This document shows positions 8,799-19,147 of a DNA stretch of 64,000 bases, piece after piece (position 1 is the stretch's first letter; every line of letters begins with the position of its first letter). The notes beneath the pieces were generated by a model. The model saw only the letters and a list, made by a program, of their open reading frames with translations. It was not told the origin of the DNA and did not search any database. The stretch comes from an uncultured Thermodesulfobacteriaceae bacterium (GTDB taxonomy: Bacteria; Desulfobacterota; Dissulfuribacteria; Dissulfuribacterales; UBA3076): the NCBI GenBank assembly GCA_964646435.1, contig CAZYEJ010000006.1, positions 1,965 through 65,964 on the forward strand, written 5' to 3'. A program made the position numbers and the translations under genes.

Positions 8799-10892
8799 AT
8801 GATAAAATTAAAAACACAGATAAATAACATGGCCTTCTCCTTTGAAACAGGACGTTTGGCCAAGCAGTCCAACGGCGCCATTTTGGCCAGCTTAGGGGAA
8901 ACCTCTGTCCTGGTAACAGCGGTAACCTCTGGTAAAACACGAGAAGGGATAGACTACCTGCCACTCATGGTAGACTACAAGGAGATGTTCTACGGATCAG
9001 GTCGAATACCCGGGAATTATTTCCGCAGGGAGATCGGAAGACCCAGCGAAAAAGAAACTCTGACTTCACGACTTATAGATCGTCCACTTCGGCCCAGATT
9101 TCCTGATGGATACGCCTACGACACACAGATAATAGCAACGGTGCTTTCTGCAGATGTAGAGGTCGATCCTGATGTGGTTGCCATTACTGCGGCATCCGCA
9201 GCCCTTTGTATCTCAGACATACCATTTGACGGCCCTATTGCCGGCGTGAGAATAGGAAGGGTGGAAGGCAAATTCGTAGTTAACCCCACCAAAACGCAAC
9301 TTTCGGATTCCGATCTTAACATAATTGTTGCCGGTACGAGAAGCGCAATAGTTATGGTGGAGGGTTGGGCCGCGACACTTTCAGAACAGGAAGTGCTGGA
9401 TGCTATCTTTTTCGGTCATGAATCCCTGATGCCCTTGCTCGATCTCCAGGATGAGCTTATTGAAAAGGCGGGTAAGCCCAAGATGACTGTCCCTGAACCC
9501 GATTCAGACTCTGAGCTTACGGACAAGGTCAGGGAAATTGCCCAGGAGAAGATGCTGGCAGCCATACAGATACCCTCCAAGGTCGAACGAGTTCAGGAAA
9601 TAAAACGCCTCAAAACAGAAGTTAAGGAAGCATTGGCTGAAGTCCATTCCGGGCGTGAACAGGAAATATCAGAGTGCTTGAGGGGCCTTGAAAAGGAGCT
9701 GGTGCGCACTTTGATCACAAAAGAAAAGCGCCGGATCGACGGCAGGGTTTTTGATGAAGTCAGGCCGATTTCCTGCTCTGTAGGAGAACTCCCCCGAGCC
9801 CACGGCTCAGCGGTCTTCACCCGCGGAGAAACTCAGGTGCTGGCTGTGGCAACCCTTGGTAGCTCTGATGACGAACAGAGGATAGAGTCACCCGCGGGAC
9901 AACATTATAAACACTTCATGCTGCACTATAATTTTACCCCTTTCAGCGTAGGCGAGGTCAGGCCGATGAGGGGTCCGGCACGAAGAGATATCGGCCACGG
10001 AGTACTGGCAGAACGGGCGTTGGCCGGAGTAGTACCTCCTGCGGACGATTTTCCATACACTATTCGCATTGTCTCAGATGTTCTGGAATCAAACGGCTCA
10101 TCCTCGATGGCTACTGTCTGTGGAGGGACACTTGCCATGATGGACGCCGGCATTCCAATTCGAGACATGGTGGCAGGGGTTGCGATGGGCCTTGTAAAGG
10201 AGAATGACGAGGTCATTATACTCTCTGATATCCTGGGAGATGAAGACCACATGGGCGATATGGACTTCAAGGTAGCAGGGACCGCGGAAGGGATTGCCGC
10301 GCTCCAGATGGACATCAAGATTTCAGGGATCAGCCGGGATATTTTAAGCAAAGCGCTTATGCAGGCAAAAGATGCGAGACTCTTTATTCTGGGCAAGATG
10401 AAAGAGGTGATAGATCATCCCAGAAAAGACCTTTCCCTGTATGCACCTAAGATCATTACCCTCAATATCAACCCGGAAAAGATCCGGGACCTTATTGGTC
10501 CTGGGGGGAAGCATATACGTGGCATAATAGCGGAAACCGGCGTAAAGATAGACGTCGATGATTCAGGTGAGGTGAACATCTTTTCCTCTTCAGGAAAAGC
10601 AGCAGAAGATGCCATCAAAAGGATCGAAGACCTCACAAAAGAGGCTGAGGTCGGGAAAATCTATCTTGGGACCGTAAAAAAGATTATGGACTTTGGGGCG
10701 TTTGTTGAGATATTACCCGGCACCGACGGCCTGGTACATATTTCCCAACTAGAGAACAGGCACGTAAAAAATGTAAGGGATATACTTGCCGAAGGTGATG
10801 AAGTCCGTGTAAAAGTCATAGGGATAGATCAACAGGGCAGGATCAAGCTCAGCCGCAAGGCTGTCATGGACGAACAGGGAGATACTGTTTAA
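8799..10892 (+). CDS. pnp: Polyribonucleotide nucleotidyltransferase (PNPase)
   Basis: Two RNase PH domains plus KH and S1 (GKIYLGTVKKIMDFGAFVEILPGTDGLVHISQL). The start is uncertain: ATG 8799, tracked TTG 8778, or ATG 8829. Confidence 0.95.
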   Translation: MIKLKTQINNMAFSFETGRLAKQSNGAILASLGETSVLVTAVTSGKTREGIDYLPLMVDYKEMFYGSGRIPGNYFRREIGRPSEKETLTSRLIDRPLRPRFPDGYAYDTQIIATVLSADVEVDPDVVAITAASAALCISDIPFDGPIAGVRIGRVEGKFVVNPTKTQLSDSDLNIIVAGTRSAIVMVEGWAATLSEQEVLDAIFFGHESLMPLLDLQDELIEKAGKPKMTVPEPDSDSELTDKVREIAQEKMLAAIQIPSKVERVQEIKRLKTEVKEALAEVHSGREQEISECLRGLEKELVRTLITKEKRRIDGRVFDEVRPISCSVGELPRAHGSAVFTRGETQVLAVATLGSSDDEQRIESPAGQHYKHFMLHYNFTPFSVGEVRPMRGPARRDIGHGVLAERALAGVVPPADDFPYTIRIVSDVLESNGSSSMATVCGGTLAMMDAGIPIRDMVAGVAMGLVKENDEVIILSDILGDEDHMGDMDFKVAGTAEGIAALQMDIKISGISRDILSKALMQAKDARLFILGKMKEVIDHPRKDLSLYAPKIITLNINPEKIRDLIGPGGKHIRGIIAETGVKIDVDDSGEVNIFSSSGKAAEDAIKRIEDLTKEAEVGKIYLGTVKKIMDFGAFVEILPGTDGLVHISQLENRHVKNVRDILAEGDEVRVKVIGIDQQGRIKLSRKAVMDEQGDTV

Positions 10893-10894
10893 AA

Positions 10895-12145
10895 GTGAAC
10901 CAGCAATACAATAAATCCGTCCTTACAAACGGCATCCGCGTGCTTACTGAGCGCATGCCCAATGTCCGTTCGGTATCAATCGGTATGTGGGTTACTATAG
11001 GAGCCAGGGACGAAAATGCTGGCAACTCAGGCATTTCCCACTTTATTGAGCACATGATTTTTAAGGGGACTGAACGGCGTACCGCCCTGGACATTGCCAA
11101 GGCCTTTGACCAGATGGGTGGATTTTCCAATGCCTTTACCTCTAAAGAGATCACATGTTTCCACGCAAAGGTAATGGATATCCATCTAGACAGGGTCCTG
11201 GATTTATTCTCTGATATTTTTCTCCATTCCAGATTTGACGACAAGGAAGTGGAAAGAGAACGCCGGGTCATAATGCAAGAGATCGGCATGCTTGAGGACT
11301 CCCCTGATGAGTTGATACATGAGCTTTTTAACAAATTTTACTGGCCAGGAAGCAACCTTGGACAATCCATTCTCGGCACTGTTGAAAACGTTAGAGCAAT
11401 AAGTTCACAGACCTTGAAGGAGTTTGTAGCTGAGGCCTATGTAGGTCCAAAGGTCCTGATCGCTGCGGCGGGTAACCTGGAACATGAGTCTTTTGTTGCC
11501 AAGATAAACGAACTTTTCGGAGGCCTGGTGTCTATCAATGGCCATTCATCTCATTCCAGGCCTGTACCCCACCTTGGGGTCAAATTTATCAAAAAAGACC
11601 TGGAACAACTTCACGTACTGATGGGCTATGAAGGACAATGTACCTCAGACCCTCAACGCTATCCGGCCCTGTTGCTTAACGTCATTCTGGGCGGATCCAT
11701 GAGTTCCCGGCTGTTTCAGGAGATAAGGGAAAAACGGGGTCTTGCCTACTCAGTCTATTCCTTTTCCTCCTCATTCCAGGATACAGGGATGATGGGAATT
11801 TATGCAGGCATCTCTGAAAAACAGTTTTCGAAAACAGTGGAGCTAATGAACGGGGAGTTAAAAAAGCTTGCGGATCAATCTATTGAATACGATGAACTGG
11901 AGGCTGCCGGGGATCACATCAAGGGTGGATTGTTGCTCTCTGCTGAAAGCGCAGACAGCCGCATGACACGTTTGGCAAAAAATGAAATAAATTTTGGCAA
12001 ATTCGTCTCATATGATGAGGTGATAAGCAAAATTAATGCAGTTACCCCTGAGGACATAAAGCAGATGGCAGCACAGTGTCTGAAAGGTGGCTCTGCCTTG
12101 GTCTGTCTGGGGCCGACCCCGGATGGAGATGCCTGGAAGGTATGA
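10895..12145 (+). CDS. M16 (pitrilysin) family zinc peptidase
   Basis: HFIEH inverted zinc motif followed by MIFKGT. The position after pnp is typical. Confidence 0.88.
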   Translation: MNQQYNKSVLTNGIRVLTERMPNVRSVSIGMWVTIGARDENAGNSGISHFIEHMIFKGTERRTALDIAKAFDQMGGFSNAFTSKEITCFHAKVMDIHLDRVLDLFSDIFLHSRFDDKEVERERRVIMQEIGMLEDSPDELIHELFNKFYWPGSNLGQSILGTVENVRAISSQTLKEFVAEAYVGPKVLIAAAGNLEHESFVAKINELFGGLVSINGHSSHSRPVPHLGVKFIKKDLEQLHVLMGYEGQCTSDPQRYPALLLNVILGGSMSSRLFQEIREKRGLAYSVYSFSSSFQDTGMMGIYAGISEKQFSKTVELMNGELKKLADQSIEYDELEAAGDHIKGGLLLSAESADSRMTRLAKNEINFGKFVSYDEVISKINAVTPEDIKQMAAQCLKGGSALVCLGPTPDGDAWKV

Positions 12146-12230
12146 TAAGCCTGCAAGTTTTTTTTGCAGGCAGCTCATAAAATATCCAATCTATATTGAC
12201 AGATATAGGTAAAATGGCTATTTTGAAAAA

Positions 12231-12323
12231 TATTAGATTTTTGAGGATTTGATCCCACGCCGTTTGCGGCGTTCCTTAGCAGTTCGAGATACCCCGTGGC
12301 TTCCCGCGGGGTATCTTTTTTTT
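12231..12323 (+). ncRNA. Candidate small RNA or leader (unclassified)
   Basis: TTGACA at 12196-12201, 17-nt spacer, TATTTT at 12219-12224. Hairpin ACGCCG-TTTG-CGGCGT follows, then a strong terminator GATACCCCGTGG-CTTC-CCGCGGGGTATC plus T8 (12288-12323). Confidence 0.3.
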
Positions 12324-12357
12324 ATGACAACATAATAAACAAAAAAGGAGATATAAA

Positions 12358-12495
12358 ATGTATCTGATAGCAAAAAAGATGATAAACAATAATAAGAAAG
12401 GGACTAAGCGCAGAAAACTTGAAAAATTTTCGTCAGTTAAATTTTCTAAGTTTAATACATTGTATAATTATGTCAGCAGATTATATAAAGCTTGA
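12358..12495 (+). CDS. Hypothetical 45-aa lysine/arginine-rich peptide
   Basis: AAGGAG sits 7 nt upstream of the ATG. Product is MYLIAKKMINNNKKGTKRRKLEKFSSVKFSKFNTLYNYVSRLYKA. It is below the track's size cutoff and I recognise no homology. Confidence 0.25.
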   Translation: MYLIAKKMINNNKKGTKRRKLEKFSSVKFSKFNTLYNYVSRLYKA

Positions 12496-12643
12496 GTAAC
12501 TTCTCAATAAGTTAGGGTAGATTACATTTTGCGACTATTTGCTGGATTCCTGCTTTCGCAGGAATGACGTTTGGATGTGAATGCCCGTCATTCCTGCGAA
12601 AGCCGGAATCCAGATATCTTACCCTGAGTTATTGAGAAGTTAC
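12496..12643. repeat. Nested palindromic element, family R7 long form
   Basis: Outer inverted repeat GTAACTTCTCAATAAGTTAGGGTA / TACCCTGAGTTATTGAGAAGTTAC. Inner inverted repeat CTGGATTCCTGCTTTCGCAGGAATGACG / CGTCATTCCTGCGAAAGCCGGAATCCAG. A short form lies at 42965-43030. Confidence 0.75.
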
Positions 12644-12662
12644 GAGCTTGACATTAAGTTTA

Positions 12663-12873
12663 GGATGCCAGCCATTAGCTGTTAGGTAAACGCTTTGGCA
12701 TCCTTCAAGAAGGCCCAAAAGCAGTTTATACTTTTCGAACAATAAGCGCTGTCATGGTGGGCACAAATACAAGACCAACAAAGTATAAACTACTTTTGAC
12801 TTGTCGTGAAGGATACCAACGCTTTGTATTAAAGACTGGCTGTTAAAAAGCTAACGGCCAGTAGCTAATCGCA
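12663..12873. repeat. Imperfect palindrome of about 210 nt, family R8
   Basis: Arms GGATGCCA...TGGCATCCTTCA and CCTTCAAGAAGGCCCAAAAGCAGTTTATACTTT pair with AAAGTATAAACTACTTTTGACTTGTCGTGAAGG. Segment 12765-12810 recurs inverted at 20831-20876 with 2 mismatches in 46. Confidence 0.6.
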
Positions 12874-12919
12874 CAGGTCTATTTTTTGTAAACGCTTACA
12901 GTTTCGGTAGGTTGTTGAA

Positions 12920-13405
12920 GTGCCAATAGAATCCGTGTCCATTAGATCACCGGAAGAACTATCTGTAGTTATACAGATTAAACGCCTGCCCCATGCAGTT
13001 GACCTTCCTCTTCCTCATTACATAACCAGGCAATCAGCAGGCATGGATTTGGCTGCAGCGATCCAACACGATATCCTACTGCATCCAGGGGAAATAGGTC
13101 TTGTTCCTACAGGTCTTGCAGTAGCTCTGCCACATGGTTATGAATTCCAGATCCGGCCCAGGAGCGGACTTGCCATCAAACACGGTCTGACAGTAGTTAA
13201 CGCACCCGGCACTATTGACGCCGACTACCGCGGTGAGATAAAAGTCGGACTAATTAATCTCGGACCGGAGACTGTCACCATCAAGAGAGAACAAAGGATA
13301 GCCCAGATGATCCTTGCCAGGGTCTGGCAGGCAAGCTGGCAAGAAGTGGATTCATTGCCCACAACCGCAAGGGGCGAGGGAGGCTTTGGTCATAGTGGAG
13401 TTTAG
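12920..13405 (+). CDS. dut: dUTP diphosphatase
   Basis: [30 protein letters not shown] and GGFGHSG motifs. Confidence 0.93.
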   Translation: MPIESVSIRSPEELSVVIQIKRLPHAVDLPLPHYITRQSAGMDLAAAIQHDILLHPGEIGLVPTGLAVALPHGYEFQIRPRSGLAIKHGLTVVNAPGTIDADYRGEIKVGLINLGPETVTIKREQRIAQMILARVWQASWQEVDSLPTTARGEGGFGHSGV

Positions 13406-13524
13406 CTGATACCTGCCTGTGAAAATCAGCCCAAACGTTCATGCCGGTGGTTTTCGTCATCCCTGAAGTGCGAATGGTCTGATGTTGGACCGTGCACGAT
13501 GGTATCAGATTAGAGGAACTGAAC

Positions 13525-14364
13525 ATGATTTCACAATTGAAACTAACTGTAATATGCGAAAATAGTGTCTTCGGTCCATCTGGATTGATCGGGGAGCATG
13601 GCTGGTCTTGCTATGTTGAGACTGAAGGGTATAGCATGTTGTTTGACACAGGCCAGGGCCTTGGTGTGTTGTCTAACAGCCTGATTTTGAGAAAAGACCT
13701 GAGGTCAATTGATGCTGTAGTTTTGAGCCATGGGCACTATGATCATACATCCGGGCTTCCGGCAGTGCTGGGACTTTCAGGGCCTAGGCCGGTCTATGCC
13801 CATCCCGACATCTTTCTTGTGCGATACTGGAAAAAGGGAGATGTCCTGAGGGAAATAGGGCTTCGATATAAAAAGGAGTATCTTGAGGCTATCGGAGCCA
13901 GGTTTGTCGATGTGGAAGAGTTCAGGGAGATCTATCCTGGCGTATACCTGACCGGTATGGTTCCAAGGATAACCGACTTTGAACCCCCTGATCCGAATAT
14001 GCAACTGAGAGACCCTGAGGCTGGCTGGGTTCAGGATCTTTTGAAAGATGATCTTTCTGTAGTGATAGACACGGTGAAAGGCCTTTTTGTAATACTCGGC
14101 TGTGCCCATGCAGGGATCATCAATATTCTGAGGCACATACAGAAGAATCTCCCCGGCCGACCAATCCACACTGTGATGGGTGGTACCCATCTGGGCCCTG
14201 CAGATCCTGCCCAGTTCGGCATTACGTTATCCAACCTTGAAGAGTTTGGTATTAAAAGGCTGGGAGCTGCCCACTGTACCGGGCTTGAGAATGGAGCGAA
14301 GCTTTACAATGCACTTGGTGAGAGGTTTTTCTTTGCTTCAGTAGGAGTGAGCATTAGTATCTGA
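13525..14364 (+). CDS. MBL-fold metallo-hydrolase
   Basis: HGHYDHTSG motif. AGAGGA sits 7 nt before ATG 13525; the tracked start at 13492 is less likely. Confidence 0.8.
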   Translation: MISQLKLTVICENSVFGPSGLIGEHGWSCYVETEGYSMLFDTGQGLGVLSNSLILRKDLRSIDAVVLSHGHYDHTSGLPAVLGLSGPRPVYAHPDIFLVRYWKKGDVLREIGLRYKKEYLEAIGARFVDVEEFREIYPGVYLTGMVPRITDFEPPDPNMQLRDPEAGWVQDLLKDDLSVVIDTVKGLFVILGCAHAGIINILRHIQKNLPGRPIHTVMGGTHLGPADPAQFGITLSNLEEFGIKRLGAAHCTGLENGAKLYNALGERFFFASVGVSISI

Positions 14365-14371
14365 GTAACCA

Positions 14372-14480
14372 TAAGCGTTCACAGAGCACAGCATCTGCTT
14401 TGTTTGTCGGGCATTTGAAGTACAGGGAGTACGTCTGCGTATCCTCCGCCTCGCATCTGCAGCACCCTGTAAACGCTTAC
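14372..14480. repeat. MITE-like repeat family R2, copy a (109 nt)
   Basis: Terminal inverted repeats TAAGCGTTCACAG / CTGTAAACGCTTAC. By eye it is about 90 percent identical to 33031-33131 apart from an 8-nt indel. Confidence 0.75.
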
Positions 14481-14487
14481 AATTGTT

Positions 14488-15171
14488 TTAGCTCCATTTG
14501 CCAACTGGAGCCTCGCTTGGGATATCAATCAGCTTTTTAAGTCTTTTCAGGAAAAAAGACCTTGGTATTTCCTTTGCGCCAAGGCTTAAGAGGTGGAAAC
14601 TAGTAACCTGGCAATCAATCATGGCAAAGCCCCACTCAGATAGTTGGCGTACAAGGGTCACTAATGCTGCTTTTGAGGCATCTGAAACTTTGGTAAACAT
14701 TGATTCACCAAAAAATACCCTGCCCATTGCTATCCCGTAAAGTCCACCAACGAGTCGATCCCCTTGCCAGGTCTCTACTGAATGGGTTTTCCTTAGATAG
14801 TGAAGGTCAGTGTATGCCTCAATCATTTCCGGGGTAAGCCAGGTTCCCTCGCCCCTTTTTATTCTGGTCTCTGAGCAGGCCCTTATAACCTCCTTAAAGG
14901 CGTGGTCCAGGGTGACTTGAAAGCGTCCTTGCCGAATGATTCGTTTAAGACGTCTGGATACGTGGAGGTCTGAGGGCTCCAGAATCAACCTTGGATCCGG
15001 GGACCACCAAAATATTGGTTCCCCAGGGTTGTACCAGGGGAATATTCCTTGACGGTATGCGAGAATTAACCTCGGGATGCTCAGGTCCCCGCCAGCAGCC
15101 AAAAGTCCGTCTTCTCTGGCAAGTTCGGGAGGTGGAAAGACCAAGTCTCCGGTTAGTAGATATACAGGCAT
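14488..15171 (-). CDS. aat: Leucyl/phenylalanyl-tRNA--protein transferase
   Basis: GLLAAGGDLSIPRLILAYRQGIFPWYNPGEPIFWWSPDPR...GESMF. Confidence 0.9.
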   Translation of the reverse strand: MPVYLLTGDLVFPPPELAREDGLLAAGGDLSIPRLILAYRQGIFPWYNPGEPIFWWSPDPRLILEPSDLHVSRRLKRIIRQGRFQVTLDHAFKEVIRACSETRIKRGEGTWLTPEMIEAYTDLHYLRKTHSVETWQGDRLVGGLYGIAMGRVFFGESMFTKVSDASKAALVTLVRQLSEWGFAMIDCQVTSFHLLSLGAKEIPRSFFLKRLKKLIDIPSEAPVGKWS

Positions 15172-15409
15172 AATTCAAGCGGCTCCACGGGCATCTGTAC
15201 ACAAGGTATTTCAAACCGGAGTTCTTTACACTAAACCGAAGGATGATTCAACTCTTGTTTTCAATAGCAGCCGGACATTATAAAGGAAAGTTTTGTTAAG
15301 GGGAGCCTCTTGCGCTTCTCCGGTTGACACAGCCTTTGGTCAGAATTAGTGTCTTTCAGTACCTCAAGGTATTATTAAGTGCTAATAATGCTTGCGAGAA
15401 AAGTCACCT

Positions 15410-16441
15410 ATGGATACAAACATTGACCTATCTGAACGAAGCCGCGAGATACTGAAGACCGTCATTCATGCTTATATAAATGACGCGGAACCGGTAGGGT
15501 CAAGGACTGTTGCCAAAAAAGCCGGGCTTGGATTGAGTCCTGCTACCATCCGTAATGCCATGGCCGACCTTGAAGATATTGGTCTGCTGTTCCAGCCCCA
15601 TTCATCAGCAGGGCGCCTTCCAACTGAGACAGGTCTGCGTTATTACGTGGACTTCCTTTTGGATAAAGAAGATTTGTCTTGGAGTGACCAGGTAGCTATA
15701 GAAAAGGGTTTAATGTTCAGGTCTGCTGGTTTGGTAGCAACCCTGAAGCGTGCTGTTCAACTACTGGCATCTTTTTCAGGACATGCAGCAGTAGTCAGTG
15801 CTCCCCGGCTTACCTGTGACCGCTTGATACACCTTGAATTTCTACGAATCCGGCAGGGTCTGATATTGGTCATCAGTGTATCTGACACCGGTACGGTGCA
15901 AAATCGATTTGTGCATATCGATTATGACATCCAGGAGGAGAAACTGGAGCAAATTTCCCAGTATATCAGCAACAAGCTTGACCACATGTGCCTGGAAGAA
16001 CTCAGGTCTATGATTATAGAGGAACTAAAAGAAGAAAAGAAAATCTTTGACGTCCTTTTAGAGGACTTCCTTGATCAGATGAAGATGTCAACTGAGCAGG
16101 GAGAGGTTTTTATCGAAGGCAGACTCAATCTTCTTGATAAACCGGAGTTTTCGAATGTCTCCCGTATCAGGGCAATTCTTCAGACATTTGAAGAGAAAAA
16201 GGCCCTTTTGACCCTTTTAGATAGGTGTTTGGACTCAAGAGGAGTGCAAATATATATCGGATCTGAAGGGCTTGGAAATAAGGTGCCGGGCTGCGGCATG
16301 GTACTGGCTCCTTATGTTGGAAGCGGCAGTCCCCTGGGGAGCCTGGGTATTGTTGGTCCGATTAGCATGAACTATGCCCGTGCAGTGTCACTGGTTGAAT
16401 ATACCGCCCAGGTTTTGGGCGAAAAGTTTAAGGAATCGTGA
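15410..16441 (+). CDS. hrcA: Heat-inducible transcription repressor HrcA
   Basis: LSERSREILKTVIHAYINDAEPVGSRTVAKK and position upstream of grpE-dnaK. ATG 15410 is preferred over the tracked TTG 15392. Confidence 0.9.
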   Translation: MDTNIDLSERSREILKTVIHAYINDAEPVGSRTVAKKAGLGLSPATIRNAMADLEDIGLLFQPHSSAGRLPTETGLRYYVDFLLDKEDLSWSDQVAIEKGLMFRSAGLVATLKRAVQLLASFSGHAAVVSAPRLTCDRLIHLEFLRIRQGLILVISVSDTGTVQNRFVHIDYDIQEEKLEQISQYISNKLDHMCLEELRSMIIEELKEEKKIFDVLLEDFLDQMKMSTEQGEVFIEGRLNLLDKPEFSNVSRIRAILQTFEEKKALLTLLDRCLDSRGVQIYIGSEGLGNKVPGCGMVLAPYVGSGSPLGSLGIVGPISMNYARAVSLVEYTAQVLGEKFKES

Positions 16442-16444
16442 AAT

Positions 16445-17014
16445 ATGGACAAGAAAGATATGGAAAAAAAGCAGACAACTGGAGAGGAAGAGATCGAGAG
16501 CGCAGGTGGCGATGAGAATGATCTGGCCCAAAAGTTAGCAGACAGAGAGGCAGAACTCGAGCAATGTCAGGAAAAGGTGCTGCGAATGGCTGCCGATCTG
16601 GAAAATTTTAAGAAAAGGATAGAGCGGGAAAAATCGGAATATATGAAATATGCCTTAGAATCCTTTGCCAAAGAACTGCTACCTTTTCTTGATAACTTAG
16701 AACGAGCCATGACCTCAGCCAAGGATTTAAGGGATTTTGATAAGTTGATAGAGGGGCTTGATCTGACCATATCCGGCTACTTAAAGACCTTGGAACGTTT
16801 CGGTCTCAAGGTCTTTAGTGCAGAAGGGCAAAGATTTGATCCGAATCTGCATGAGGCCCTTACTGTGCAAGAGCATGAGGGAGTGGAAGAAAATACAGTG
16901 ATAAAAGAGCTCTTAAAAGGTTATTCGCTTCATGAAAGGATCTTGAGACCTGCTCTTGTAATAGTATCAAAAAATGCAACAGAGGGGAGTGGACAAGAAG
17001 AAACTAGTGCTTAG
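16445..17014 (+). CDS. grpE: Nucleotide exchange factor GrpE
   Basis: LRMAADLENFKKRIEREK...LKGYSLHERILRPALVIVS. Confidence 0.93.
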   Translation: MDKKDMEKKQTTGEEEIESAGGDENDLAQKLADREAELEQCQEKVLRMAADLENFKKRIEREKSEYMKYALESFAKELLPFLDNLERAMTSAKDLRDFDKLIEGLDLTISGYLKTLERFGLKVFSAEGQRFDPNLHEALTVQEHEGVEENTVIKELLKGYSLHERILRPALVIVSKNATEGSGQEETSA

Positions 17015-17087
17015 TTTTAGGAACAGTAAAATTACAACTAGATCTAACTTTTTATATTGAAACTTTTTTACAAGGAGGATTTTCAAC

Positions 17088-19001
<1,914 letters not shown>

Positions 19002-19047
19002 GGGTTGATTCCGCTGAAAAAACCCAATCTGCGGTGCACAATACAAT

Positions 19048-19135
19048 AAATGTTGAATGTTGAATGTTGAATGTTGAATTAAGGTATATGCCTTTTAAAT
19101 CTTCTTTCACAATTCAGCATTCAGCATTCAGTATT
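19048..19135 (+). repeat. Heptamer-armed hairpin family R3, copy 1
   Basis: (TGTTGAA)x4 then TTAAGGTATATGCC loop then CACAATTCAGCATTCAGCATTCAG. The 19-bp stem has 17 Watson-Crick pairs and 2 G-U pairs on the + strand. Confidence 0.75.
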
Positions 19136-19147
19136 ATCTATCAGACA

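Noticed and set aside
9926-11334. 156-aa antisense ORFs inside pnp (9926..10396) and the M16 peptidase gene (10864..11334). Similar long antisense ORFs occur in the RND genes, dnaK, aconitase (45632..46330) and the metallophosphoesterase (19064..19597).
   Set aside because: They are shadow ORFs opposite strongly supported genes. Their composition is Ser/Arg/Pro-rich and they have no start context.
12270-12300. TTCGA-containing segment (GCAGTTCGAGATACCCC) in the sRNA candidate, which hinted at a tRNA T-arm or tmRNA 3' end
   Set aside because: No acceptor, D or anticodon arms can be drawn, and there is no CCA. The hairpin is simply the terminator stem.
15330-15385. Possible CIRCE operator (TTAGCACTC-N9-GAGTGCTAA) upstream of hrcA: TTAGTGTCT...TAAGTGCTAA
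   Set aside because: Only the outer TTAG/CTAA bases are complementary. The inner halves do not pair, and the spacing is about 21 nt rather than 9. This is not a convincing CIRCE.
19048-19135. Could the tandem short repeats at 19048, 33888, 37645, 53238 and 54862 be CRISPR arrays?
   Set aside because: The units are 7 nt and directly abutting with no spacers. The arrays are 20-45 nt long, and no cas genes are present. They are simple heptamer arrays or hairpin arms.
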